Positions 1 to 12,300 of a stretch of DNA of 64,000 nt are shown piece by piece (position 1 is the first letter of the stretch; each line of letters begins with the position of its first letter). Made by a program: the position numbers and the translations under genes. The notes below the pieces were generated by a model, which searched no databases, was not told the origin of the DNA, and worked only from the letters and a program-made list of their open reading frames with translations. This stretch comes from Anolis carolinensis (lineage: Eukaryota): assembly GCF_035594765.1 (NCBI RefSeq), contig NW_026943819.1, forward strand, positions 4,576,703 through 4,640,702, read 5' to 3'.

Positions 1-321
1 TTCTCTCTCCTTTGGCTTGCACCAGCCCATCTGATGGATGTAGCACATGTTTACAGCACGCAATAAAGAGGAATCTTCACTGGGGCCAGCAAAATATTCT
101 CAATGAGGACATCAAAACACTGCTTTTGAAAAAATTCAGGATGAGGGCTAACTCGGCTCAAGTGCACCAGTGTGTCTGTTCTTTCCCTTTTCATGTCAGG
201 AAGGGTTCTCCTTCAACCTGTCTGACTGAGATGTGGTATTTTTACACCAACCTGTGTCCCTTCAGTTCGGACTTTGTTTTGTTGGCATCCCTTTGAGTCT
301 TTCTGTTTTCTGTTCTGCAAG

Positions 322-3300
322 GCTTGCAATGAGCCAGTCCTCAGAAGGATCGCAGTGGACAAATGCGCCCGACGAGTCCGACAGGCTTTGGCCAGCATCA
401 GTTGGGACAGCAAGCTCATCCAGTGGCTGCATTCGACTCTGGTGGAGACCCTCAGTTTGCCCATGCTGGCTGCGTATCTGGATGCCCTGCAGACTCTGAA
501 GGGGAAGGTGATGAGCATGAAGTGTTTATAGTGTGTGTATGTCTGTATGCCTATATATCTGCCTTACCATCTCTAAGATGTACTTGATCCAATCCAATCC
601 TTTTTTCAGATTCCCACCTTGATTGACCGGATGCTGTTGTCTTCCACCGCAAAGACAGGGGCTGCCGGGGCTGAGGCCTTGTCTCTCTTGTTGAAGAGGC
701 CCTGGGATCCTGCTGTGGGCGTCCTTTCGCATAACAAACCGGTAAGTCCATTGTGGGCCTCAAAATACAGAAGTATGTCAGGAACACCAATGACCAGTCC
801 CGTGTTGGAGCTCTGATGGCTGAATTTAAATACTTGTTCCCTTGAAGGGCTGTTCCTAGACCCCAGTGCTTGAAGGGGTGGATCTTCTCAAAAAAGGAAA
901 GGGTTTTTCATTCTCTTTGTGGTTTTTAATCTCACTTGGTTTTGTTTTTCAAGGGAAAGCTGCCTGGCTCCCCGCTTATCCTCCTGGCAGCCTCCGGACC
1001 ATCCAACTCCATGTTCCCCACGTCACGTCGGCATCGGTTCTGGCAGTCGCAGCTCTCTTGCTTGGGAAAGGTTGGTGGCATTGCGCTGTCCTGCTCATTT
1101 TGTGTGTGCGTTTGTGTGGCTTTTCTCATGGTTACATTTATTACCCTCCCACACTCCGAGACCCAAGTCAGCTTAAAAATTTTAAGTACCAAAGAATAGC
1201 TTTGAAACATGCAAAATGTCATAATGTTATTCAACCATCCAGAACATTAAAACTTAATTTACAACACACAATTCATAGTAGCAAATGCAGTATGTCCTCC
1301 CTTCTGACATTTGGGTTGATTGAGAAAGCTTGAGGGTTTATTGATTAAGTTGTGGGATTGACCAGTTGGGGGATTTATGATGAAATCGTTGTCATAAAAT
1401 GGAGGTTGTGATGGAACTGTATATGGTAACTGCATAAGAGATGCTGATCTTTTTTCCCGTTTGCTGTGCAGGTGATCCCTGTTGCTACCCATTTAGTGAA
1501 CAACGGCAGCGGTGTTGGAGTCTTGCAATGCCTGGAGCACATGATCGGTGCCTTGCGAGGCAAAGTCCTGGAGGTACGCACTATGTTTGACTTTTATTGA
1601 GACTTCTTTCGGCCTACAAACCTCAATCTATGTCTGCAGTCCTGGGCTGTCCTCATTTCCCCCTCGTTGCCTTTTTCTTTCAGATCCACAACCATTTCTC
1701 CCACAAGCCCATTATCCTCATTGGCTGGAACACGGGAGCGCTGGTGGCCTGTCACGTATGTCCCACCCACTCTCATGGGCCTGAAGCTTTTTGGTGGTCA
1801 CACATGGAGGAGCCCCTTTGAATAGGTGGCTTTTGCAGCCTTTTTTTATTCCACCCCAGGTCTCGGTGATGGAGGACGTCACTGCGGTTGTGTGTCTCGG
1901 GTTCCCTCTCTTAACAGTGGATGGACCCAGAGGGGTAAGAACTGGAAATGGGCTAAATCATAACCTGATAAATTTGAAATTCTATAAATAAATAAATTCT
2001 ATAAATAAATATTTAGCAGACTACCTCCTCCTAGACTACACTAACGAAAGGAAAAGTTACTATAGAAAAGGCCAAATCAAAAGACATGGGAGGCAAAATG
2101 GAAAGACTTAATTTACAGAATAAAGTGGAAAGACAAATATAAGGAATTAAACAAGATTATCGTCATGATCGAATAATTGTAATAAATATAGAAAATTTGT
2201 AAACTGTTCCTGGGGAGGGGAGGGAGAGAGAATAAGGAGGAAGAATGTAAACATGTGTTACCAATGGAAAATGTTCTGAATGTTTGTATAATTTTACGTA
2301 GCACTGTTTACAATAAAAAATAAAAATAAATTTGAAATTCTGGTTAGTATAATATTTCTATCCCGCTTCTTCTCTCTCATGCAGCTTAATATTAAAACCA
2401 TATGTGAATTCAAACCCAAAGCGTGCAAACATTGAAATAGAGTTAAACACAGGACTTATTAAAATACATGGTTACAGACCAATAACCAAGTTCAGAGGGT
2501 GGGAGTATTTTGGTTTCATTCTCCTGCTTTTCCTCATTTTAAAAACTGTGTCTGTTTATTGTCTACACACACAAAAATTCATAAGCAGAGTCCTTTATAG
2601 GTTGTATGCGTTGGTTAAAGTAATAACAAACAGTTAAAAACATGGCTGTTCTGTTGTGCTTTTGAGTAGACAAGTCCATAATAACCTGGTCCATATCTAC
2701 ACTGAAACTTGCCCTGCTTACTTTTTAGTTTGATTCCCGTTCAGATTTATCTTCCCTACCTGTTATATCTATTTGATGTATGTCCTATTTGTAATAGACA
2801 CTCCCTAAATCAGTTTTGATTATCGCCCAGATGTTATCCTATATTGGACCTTTAATGCCTGGATGATTATTTAACATTTTAACTATGTCGATTTTAACTA
2901 TGACTTGTTTAAATTGTTTTTAAATTGTGTTGTCTGATGTCTAAATTGCTATTTTATGATTTTATGTGATTATATTAGGCTTGTTCCCCATGTGACCCGC
3001 CCTGAGTCCCCAGCTGGGGAGATGGAGGCGGCATACAAAGATAAATTATTATTATTATTATTATGACACAGCAAACAAGATAGATAGGCTGGATTTCATT
3101 TCACAAAATCATAAGTCGAACACTTCCCAAGTGTCTAGGACTGTGTGATGTATTTTCGGATGATGCGTGCAGTATCATCCCAGTAGGGTGGCCTTTTGCA
3201 GTTGGCAGATCGTAATTTTTGTCAATGTCTATTGTTTCCAAATGCTGGCTGAGATCTTTTGGCATGGCACCTGTTGTTGTTGTTGTTGTTGTTATATATT

Positions 3301-6300
3301 CAGAAAATCCTTGTATTGCCCTCCACTGACTGCAGTGAATCCCAGGTATTTCCTAAGCTCTGAAAGGACCTCATTGGTTGTTTCCTATGGCAGGACGTTG
3401 ACGACCCGCTTCTGGACATGAAGACTCCGGTTCTCTTTGTGATTGGCCAGAACTCCCTCCAGTGCAACAGCGAAGCCATGGAGGATTTCCGGGAGAAGCT
3501 TCGGGCCGAAAACAGTCTGGTGGTGGTTGGAGGAGCGGATGATAATCTCAGGTATCAAGCAGGGATTGAATTCCCTTTGAGACATTGCATCTGGACACAG
3601 GTTTCTTTACTTTTTTTGCATATAATTTGCTCATGTTTAACCATTCTTTTACTGGGTTGCTGAGAGTTTTTCGGGCTGTATGGCCATGTTCCAGAAACAT
3701 TCTCTTCGGATGTTTTGCCCACACCTATGGCAGGCATACACAGAGGTTGTGAGGTCTGTTGGAAATTAGGCAAGTGTGATTCCGGTCATGAAAGCCTTCA
3801 ACAACTTTCACTACAGTAGAGTCTCACTTATCCAACGTTCTGGATTATCCAACGCTTTTTTGTAGTCAATGTTTTCAATACATCGTGATATTTTGGTGCC
3901 AAGTTCGTAAATACAGTAATTTCTACATAGCATTACTGTGTATTGAACTACTTTTTCTGTCAAATTTGTTGTATAACATGATGTTTTGGTGCTTACTTTG
4001 TAAAATCATAACCTAATTTGATATTTAATAAGCTTTTCCTTAATCCCTCCTTATTATCCAACATATTCGCTTATCCAACGTTCTGCCGGGCCGTTTATGT
4101 TGGATAAGTGAGACTCTACTGTATCTTATAAGCCCCTTGGAATTCTGAACAGGGAAAAGGTGGGGCATAAAAAGAATAATAGCAAGAACAATTATTAAAT
4201 TATTATAATTTATAAATATATAATATATTGTATATAATTATAATATTGATAATAATAATATAATGTTATACAATATTATACTAATAATAATATTAATTAT
4301 ATATTATATATTAAATGTAATATTACTAATAGTATTGCCATATAATGATATAGTACAATATAGTAATTTAATGCTTATATTGTGCTATGCTAATAATATA
4401 TTGTATGTACTTTTGATTTGTAAGCCGCTCTGAGTCCCCTCCGGGGTGAGAAGAGCGGGATATAAATGTAGTAAATAAATAACAATATCATGAAATAAAA
4501 ATGGTTTTCTTGTCCTCATCTGTAACATCAGGAGTATAAATAACATTTTTCTTCGGAGTTCACTTTAAGCTTTGAAAAGCTGAATTAAACACAAGGCTCC
4601 CCTGCAACAAGTCAGTCCTAGGATGGTGTCTTGATTCCTTTTCTTTTTAAAAATAGGATAAGCAAAGCCAAAAAGAAGTCAGAAGGCCTGACCCAGAGCA
4701 TGGTGGACAGGTGCATACAGGTAAATAATCACTTTCTCTCTTCTCTAAATGCCCCGTAGAAATAGACATCATGGAACTGTCCCACTCCTTTCATTCTTGT
4801 GCTTCTCTTTCTGGGCTTCTGGAACCTCTATGGTTTTGAGCATTTTACCCCAAATGACTACTGTTGGAAGTACCCTTCTGATGTTCTACTCTCTTACTTT
4901 ACTACTTGATCTCTAATGGAACTCTGTACTTATTTATTTATATTTATTCATGTAAAGTATTATTGTGTCGCTCCCAACCCAAGGAATAATCAAGATGCTT
5001 TTGAGGGGCAACTGCTGTTAAATGCCTGGCTCTGCTTCCTTGCCTCCAAAGGATGAAATTGCTGACTTCTTGACTGGAGTGCTGACCCGGGCAGATGGCC
5101 ACTCGGGCTCCGATCCCCGCGACCTTGACGCTGAGAAGAAGAAGAAGACCATGCGAGATGCAGCTCGAAGGGACCTGTCCTTCGACATGGCTGAGAGGAG
5201 CAGCCGACCCGGCTCCCCAGCCACCAAAATCCCCGCTTCGCCTTCAGGCTCCGAGGTGAGAAGAGGGTCCTGGGCTGTGGTGCAGGCTGGTGAGCAGCCA
5301 GCTGCAGCCAGCTGCAACAAATCACTCTGACCAAGAGGTCATGAGTTCGAGGCCAGCTCGGAGCCTGCGTTTGTCTCTGTCTTTGTTCTATGTTAAGGCA
5401 TTGAATGTTTGCCTTATATGTGTAATGTGATTCGCTCTGAGTCCCCTTCGGGGTGAAAAGGGCGGGATATAAATACTGTAAATAAATAAATAAGAAGGCT
5501 GAGCTTGGGCAGGAGCTGCAGTAGGACCAGCCATTGGGTTGGCCATAGAATCATAGAGTCCAAAGAGTTATTAAGCATTTTTATTTGAAATGTGTCTCTT
5601 GGCTAGGATTTTTCCAGTGTGTCCAGCAGCCCAACGTCCAGCCCCAAGGCCAAAATGGCTGCAGTGTCCTGCGTTCAGAAGTCCAGCCAGGTTGGCGCTG
5701 CCCAGCTGCTGAAGAGGCCTGTGCAGCGGATGGAGGCAGCGCTCCCGCACAAGCAGACCCAAGGTAACCCACCCTGTGGGACCCTCTTTCCTGGACCAAT
5801 GAGACCCCTGGCACCCCAGGCGTGCCCAAAGAGGGAGCCAGGGAATAACACCCCATCTGGCTAAAGGGGTCACTGTTGGAGGGGCTGCCAGGACCCTGCT
5901 GGTGCCATAGCTGTGCTGCTATGGTGCCCTCCCACTTGCTTGTGTTGGCATCTGCTCCATACAGGGCCATGCTGCATTCGGCATTGTTCCTGCAGGTAGA
6001 AGGAATTGGGTTTCTCTTGGGCATCCTGAAGAAGTGTCTTTGTGCTTCAAAATATTGGAAATATCATAACCTATTGAAAATGTCCCATCTGTTTGGCATA
6101 TGTGAATCTCCATGAACATGTGGAGATCACCTTTAGAAAACCCCTAGTCACAAAAAGGCATGACCTTGTTGGAAGTCGACCCTTTGAAAAAGTGACATTC
6201 ACAAGCATTCGTGTAATGGCACACAGGGAACGCAGCTGTTTAATTGAAGAACCATGTCTTTGAACTTCCAAGAACAAAGACATGTCACTACAAAAATATA

Positions 6301-9300
6301 TTTGGCAAGCAGAGGATGGTGTTTTCTTTAAAGCTGAAATTGCAGTTGTACTTTGTAATTGCAGTTGTAATTGCCCTTTAAAACCTTTTAGTTTAAAATA
6401 TGCACTCAGATTTTTAAAAAACCAAAGTCTTCTTCTTTGAAAAATACCTTGTTTCACACAAAAGGGGCCCCTGGTGGCACAGTGTGTTAAAGTGCTGAGC
6501 TGCTGAACTTGCGGACCAAAAGGTCCCAGGTTCAAATCCCGGGAGCGGAATGAGCTCCCGCTGTTAGCTCCAGCTCCTGCCAACCTAGTAGTTCGAAAAT
6601 ATGCCAATGTGAGTAGATCAATAGGTACCGCTCCGGTGGGAAGGTAACGGCGCTCCATGCAGTCATGCTGGCCACATGACCTTGGAGATGTCTATGGACA
6701 ACGCTGGCTTTTCAGGCTAGAAATTTAGATGAGCATCAACCCCCCAGAGACGGTCACGACTGGACTTAACGTCAGGGGAAACCTTTACTTTTACTCACCA
6801 ACATCTTGTATTAATTCACCGTACAGCGCAAGTTTGCTCCGACTGCAAAGAGCGTCCTCGATTTCAGGGTAAATTTGTTGTATAACATGATGTTTTGGTG
6901 CTTAATTTGTAAAATCATAACCTAATTTGATGTTTAAAAGGCTTTTCCTTGATCCAACATATTTGCTTATCCAACGTTCTGCTGGCCCGTTTGTGTTGGA
7001 TAAGTGAGACTCTACTGTATTTGCTTTTGTGTCTTTTGGTTCAGAGCCATCACAGCAGCAGCAGCCGTCTCTTCAGCCACTGCTGCCAGACGCCGGGGAG
7101 AAGGAGGATTCGCATCCGGCACTGAAGAGGCCCCCTCCACCCAGCCCGCCTCATGGGGGCAAGCCCCCCAAGCGGGCCAAGATCAAGGTGACCATTGTCT
7201 CCCACGGGGAAAGTGCTGGCGCAGGGAGCAACGGGGCCGCGCCCGATGGAGCGCCGGAAAGTGAGTCCAAGGGGAACGGGAGCATCTCAGAAGGAACTCT
7301 ACTCCAGTGTTTGAGCAAGTGATGGCAGGGAAACAGGGAGGAGTAACTCATTCCATCTAGTTGTAGCCATGCAGTGCTTTCCAATACTTTTCTGGCAAAG
7401 TCTTGATTAGGGAACAGTGCTGTGACTGGACAAATGCAACCCGCGAAAGGAACTGGGAGTGTTACTTCCAAGAGTGCCTTCACTGGCTCCTTGTGTTGTT
7501 GTTGGGACTGAGCAGGGGCCACAATGCAGCCAGAAGGCAGCTCCTCATAGAGACCCAGCGCTTCCATCCGTTCTTCAGCTGGCAAGAGCTGCAATCTGTA
7601 AACCTTTGCTAAGCTTGAAAGTAGCCAAGGCTTTGGGATGGCAGCCCACGTGGGCTCCTGAGAGTCCCCTTCCGCCAACAGTCCTTTGTGTGAAACAGGA
7701 CCCAGTGAATCCCTTTGAGCGCATTGAGACCCGGAGACTTCCAAAGCTGCCAAATCTTATACTTTTCACACACCTCCCTTTGGCTAATTCAGCGGCAGGC
7801 TCCAGATTCAGACCGATCTGTCTTCAACTGCAAGCATAAATTTATCAGCTTTGAAAGTCTCTGTTTTTCTTTTCTTACAACTTAATCATCCAAATTTTAT
7901 TTCTCTTCACAGAAATATATGAAATACAGAAGTAAACTTGAACCAAACCAAGAGTTCCCTCTTACCCTACCTGGACAGGAGGAATATGCAAGACAGATTT
8001 CCATTTGTATCCAAAAGAAATGAAAAAAAGGAAACAAAAAAAAAACCTCCAATAAAAACATTATTTTTTTAACTCGCTTCCGTTCCTGTGTATTTTCTAA
8101 AGGCTTTAGGAGGATAAGACAGATCGAGATGCGTCCTGCTCTGAACAAAAGAGAGAGAGGCCTAGAGAGGTAGAAGGAAAAGAGAAGGCAGAAGCAGTAT
8201 AAGTGAAAGGAGCAAAGCGGAGCCGGACGGTTCCCTCGGAGCCTGGCTTCCCTCTGCTTTGGAGGCAGACCCCTGACCCAACCCAGAAGATTGCCCTTTT
8301 ATGTCCCTCTCCAACTCCCTCAAAGGAATGCATTGCATTGCCATGGCATTTGAGTCAGCTTAGCTGGAAGGTGCTACTTAGTCTTTCGACCATATTTTTG
8401 GAGAGAGCAGCCTTTTAGCCTTGTCCAGGGGACTGCGATGCCTCTCACGATCTCTTTTGTTTTGCAGCGGCTGCAGGGAAGCCCCTCGCTGTGACTCTGG
8501 GACCGACTGCGCCCAGAGCGAAGGAGACAACAGGACTCCTGCCTGCTTGCAAGTGAGTAGCTCACATTTCCACCACCATGTTCCAGACCAAGGCTGGGAC
8601 CTTGCCCCCCGTTCTCTGTCGTTCCAGGTTTCTACAAGGCTTCGTTCGGTGCCAGACACTGGCTCTGCTCAAGCTGGAAGTTGCGCTTCTGGAGTGATGG
8701 GATTCAGTTAAGCCTCGGGTCTTGTTTATTCATTCAGTCGCTTCCAACTCTTCGTGACTTCATGGACCAGTCCAGGCCAGAGCTCCCTGTCAGCTGTCAC
8801 CACCCACAGCTCCTTCAAGGTGGAGTCAGTCCCTTCAAGGATACCATCCATCCACCTTGCCCTTGGTCGGCCTCTCTTCATTTTTCCTTCCATTTTCCCC
8901 AGCATCATGATATTTTCCAAGCTTTCCTGTCTTCTCATGATTTGCCTCTCTTCTCCTTCCCTTCAGTGAGTAGCCAGGCATTATTTCCTGGAAGATGGAC
9001 TGGTTGGATCTTCTTGCGGTCCAAGGCACTCGCAGCATGTTCCTCCAACACCACAGTTCAAAAGTGTCTCTCTTCCTTCACTCAGCCTTCCTTATGGTCC
9101 AGCTCTCGCATCCATACCCTAGGAGCCTCCGGTGGCCTAGGGGATAAAAGCCTTGTGACTTGAAGGTTGGGTTGCTGACCTGAAAGCTGCCAGGTTCGAA
9201 TCCCACCCGGGGAGAGCGTGGATGAGCTCCCTCTGTCAGCTCCAGCTCCATGCGAGGACATAAGAGAAGCCTCCCACAAGGATGGTAAAACATCAAAAAC

Positions 9301-12300
9301 ATCCAGGCATCCCCTGGGCAACGTCCTTGCAGACGGCCAATTCTCTCACTCCAGAAGCAACTCCGGTTGCTCCTCACACGAAAAAAAAAATCCATGCCCT
9401 GTTTCCCTGAAAATAATACATCCTCTGAAAGTAAGACCTAGTAGAGGTTTTGCTGAATTGCTAAATATAAGGCCTCACCTGAAAGTAAGATCTAGCAAAG
9501 TTTTGTTGTTTTTTTTTTGAAGCATGCCTGCCGAACAGAACACCAGAGCATGTAGGGTAGGTAAATGTACGTACCATAGATTGTTGTACATGGAAATAAC
9601 AAGAAATTATTGATAGGATTCACAGTTTGTTTGGTTTTGCTGGTTTGTGATGACAACTACTGCACAGTATATAATAAATATTCATTTTTTTTGTTCAACA
9701 ATAAATGTGAATTCTTCTTCATGGAAAAATAAGACATCCCCTGAAAATAAGACCTAGCACATCTTTGGGAGCAAACATTAATATAAGACACTATTATTTT
9801 TGGGGAAACAGGGTAGGTTACTATGGGAATACCATTGCTTTAACTATGCAGACCTTCATTGCCAGTGTGATGACTCTGCTCTTCACTATTTTGTCAAGGT
9901 TGGTCCTTGCTCTCCTACCACGAAGGAAACGTCTTCTTATTTCCTGGCTGCAGTCTGCGTCTGCAGTCATCTTTGTGCCTAGAAATACAAAGTCTGTCAC
10001 TGCCTCCACGTTTTCTCTATTTGCCAGTTATCAATCAGTCTGGCTGCCACAATCTTGGTTTTCTTGATGTTTTACTGCAACCTAGCTTTTGCACTTTCTT
10101 CTTTCACTTTGATCATAAGGCGCCTTGGCTACTCCTCACTTTCAGCCATCGGAGTGATATCATCTGCATATCTAAGGTTGTTAATGTTTCTTCCAGCAAT
10201 TTTAACTCCATCAAGCCCCGCATGTCGCATGATGTGTTCTACATACAAGTTGAATAGGGAGGATGTGAGTAGACAGCCCTGCCGCACTCCTTTCCCAATC
10301 TTGAACCAGTCTGTTGTTCCATGATCTGTTCTGACTGTGGCTACTTGGTCTTTATACAAATTTCTCAGGAGACAGATAAGGTGACTTGGTATCCCCATAC
10401 CACCAAGAACATGCCATAGTTTATTATGATCCACACAGTCGAAGGCTTTAGAATAGTCAGTAAGACAGAAATAGATGGGGGTTTTTTTAAACTTCCAACC
10501 TTCCTCCACTATCCAGTGGATGTTGGTAATGTAGTCTCTGGTTCCTCTGCCTTTTCTGAACCCAGCTTGTACATCTGGCAATTCTCGCTCCATGTATTGG
10601 TGGAGTCTGTCTACCTTGCAGGATCTTACATTATGCCTTTTTGCTTCTGAACCCGCAGAGTGACCTCTTCGGCAGAGAGTCTCTCCCTCGGCCCGGCCCC
10701 CGCAGCCGCCCTCCCCAGCAGCACTGGCCCCAGTGCCTTCCATGCCCTGCAGAGCAGGCTGGTGGCAGGCGCTTCTCACTGCCTCCCAGCCCAGAGCAGC
10801 AGCAGCAGCCTCCAAGGTAAGCGCCGGTTGTGCCTTTCTCCATATTAAAGGAGGCTGAAAGTTGAAAAGTGAATTTTATATTGTATATGCATGTAATAAT
10901 AATAATAATAATATTATGATGTAATACAATTTAATAATAATTATAATTCACTCCAGATTATAATTCACTCAAGATAAGGTTTCCCCTTTTTGTACCTTAT
11001 CAGAGCATTATCCTATGTATTTTATCTCATGTAGCAACGCTGCAGTGCACTCTGCCATAGATCCCTGTAATAAAGTACGAATGTTGGTTTACAGATGTTA
11101 TGTTTAATTGTGTGTTTATGTTTAAAAAGGGTAAGTACTACAGTTATTGCATCTCAGCACTCAGAGGCTGGTTGCCATGGAGAAGTAGGCGGAGCCAGCT
11201 GCCGTTTAGTTGAAGAAGTGCAGAGTTTAAAAAAGAGAGTCAGTCTGTGCTCTGAGGAGGCACAGGGAAGATTGATTCCAGGTTGATGGAATCAAAGAGA
11301 CTCAATTGTTCATTTTGAGTCGGTTTTAAATAAGTTTGGTGACTTATTTAATGTAGTCTGTGATAGTATATCACAGGGGTGACGGTGGTTTGAAGTCACT
11401 GGATAGTCCAAGTTTCAGACTTTGGGAACTAATCCCAGCTGGACTCACAGAGATCCATTGAAGTAACGGTTTAAAAGTAGCAGAGGAAGAAGTTTTAACT
11501 ACCTTAAGTAAAAGAAGCGATACTTTAGAGAGTTGATTCATCTCATTCTAGTATTGTAACTGTTAATAAGAATACCTCTAAGTGAGAAACAACATTGTAA
11601 CCACTATGCTCTGTGCCTGAATAAACTTGTTACTGTTCTTCCAACATCTAAGCCTCTGTCGCATATATTCTAAACCAAGTTGCGTTACCATCTAAAGTAA
11701 AGAAGAAGAAGAAAAAAAGTAAAAGGTCTCCTCCCTGAGTCTTTGGTGGCTGCATCTTTACAAATTGGTGGCAGTCGTTATAAATTCCTTACAATCCCAA
11801 ATATCCCTGCAAGGCCCAGCCCTCCTCCCAGGTTCTCTCTGCTCTCTTTAGGATCAGCCTCGGCCAGCAGCCTCCTCCAGGGCTTGAGCTTCAGCCTCCA
11901 AGACATCCGCACCAAGCCGGCCTCTACATCTGTCGCAGCTCTTCCCTCCAGCGTTGCCTCGGCAGCAGGGCCTCTGGGGCAGGTAAGGGCTGTGGATGGG
12001 ATCCAGCAGATGGGGAAAGGCTCAGGCACCACTGAGCTTTAGGTTTGCCCTCTTCTTCCTGTCTGTCTGCCTCCCTCATTGGCCACGTCTGGCTGCGCAT
12101 GTCCAGTGAGCTGAGCTCCACTTCTCTGGGCCATAAAACAACAAATGGATGGATGGATAGTTAGAGAGATAAGAGTCCATGGCGTCCAATGATCTCTTCC
12201 TTTTCCTCTGCAGACCCCGGGCCTGAAGGCCTCCACTCCGCTCCAAGGCCTGGGCACCATGGCCACCAGCACCGCCGGCACCATTGTCCGCACCATCCCT

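Larger units (their letters stand above)
8725..10635 (-). mobile_element. RTE/BovB LINE fragment interrupted by a MITE and a SINE
   Basis: RT motifs [31 protein letters not shown] and NNLRYADD; C-terminal [20 protein letters not shown]; frameshifted and deleted. Confidence 0.9.

Noticed and set aside
1684-1755. Active alpha/beta-hydrolase in KANSL3
   Set aside because: The nucleophile elbow reads GWNTG without Ser, the usual state for this family, so not novel.
6464-6545. tRNA genes
   Set aside because: The A/B boxes belong to SINE heads; no complete cloverleaf.
10129-10815. 228-aa ORF as a chimeric RT gene
   Set aside because: Chance read-through from the antisense of a KANSL3 exon into a decayed BovB RT.
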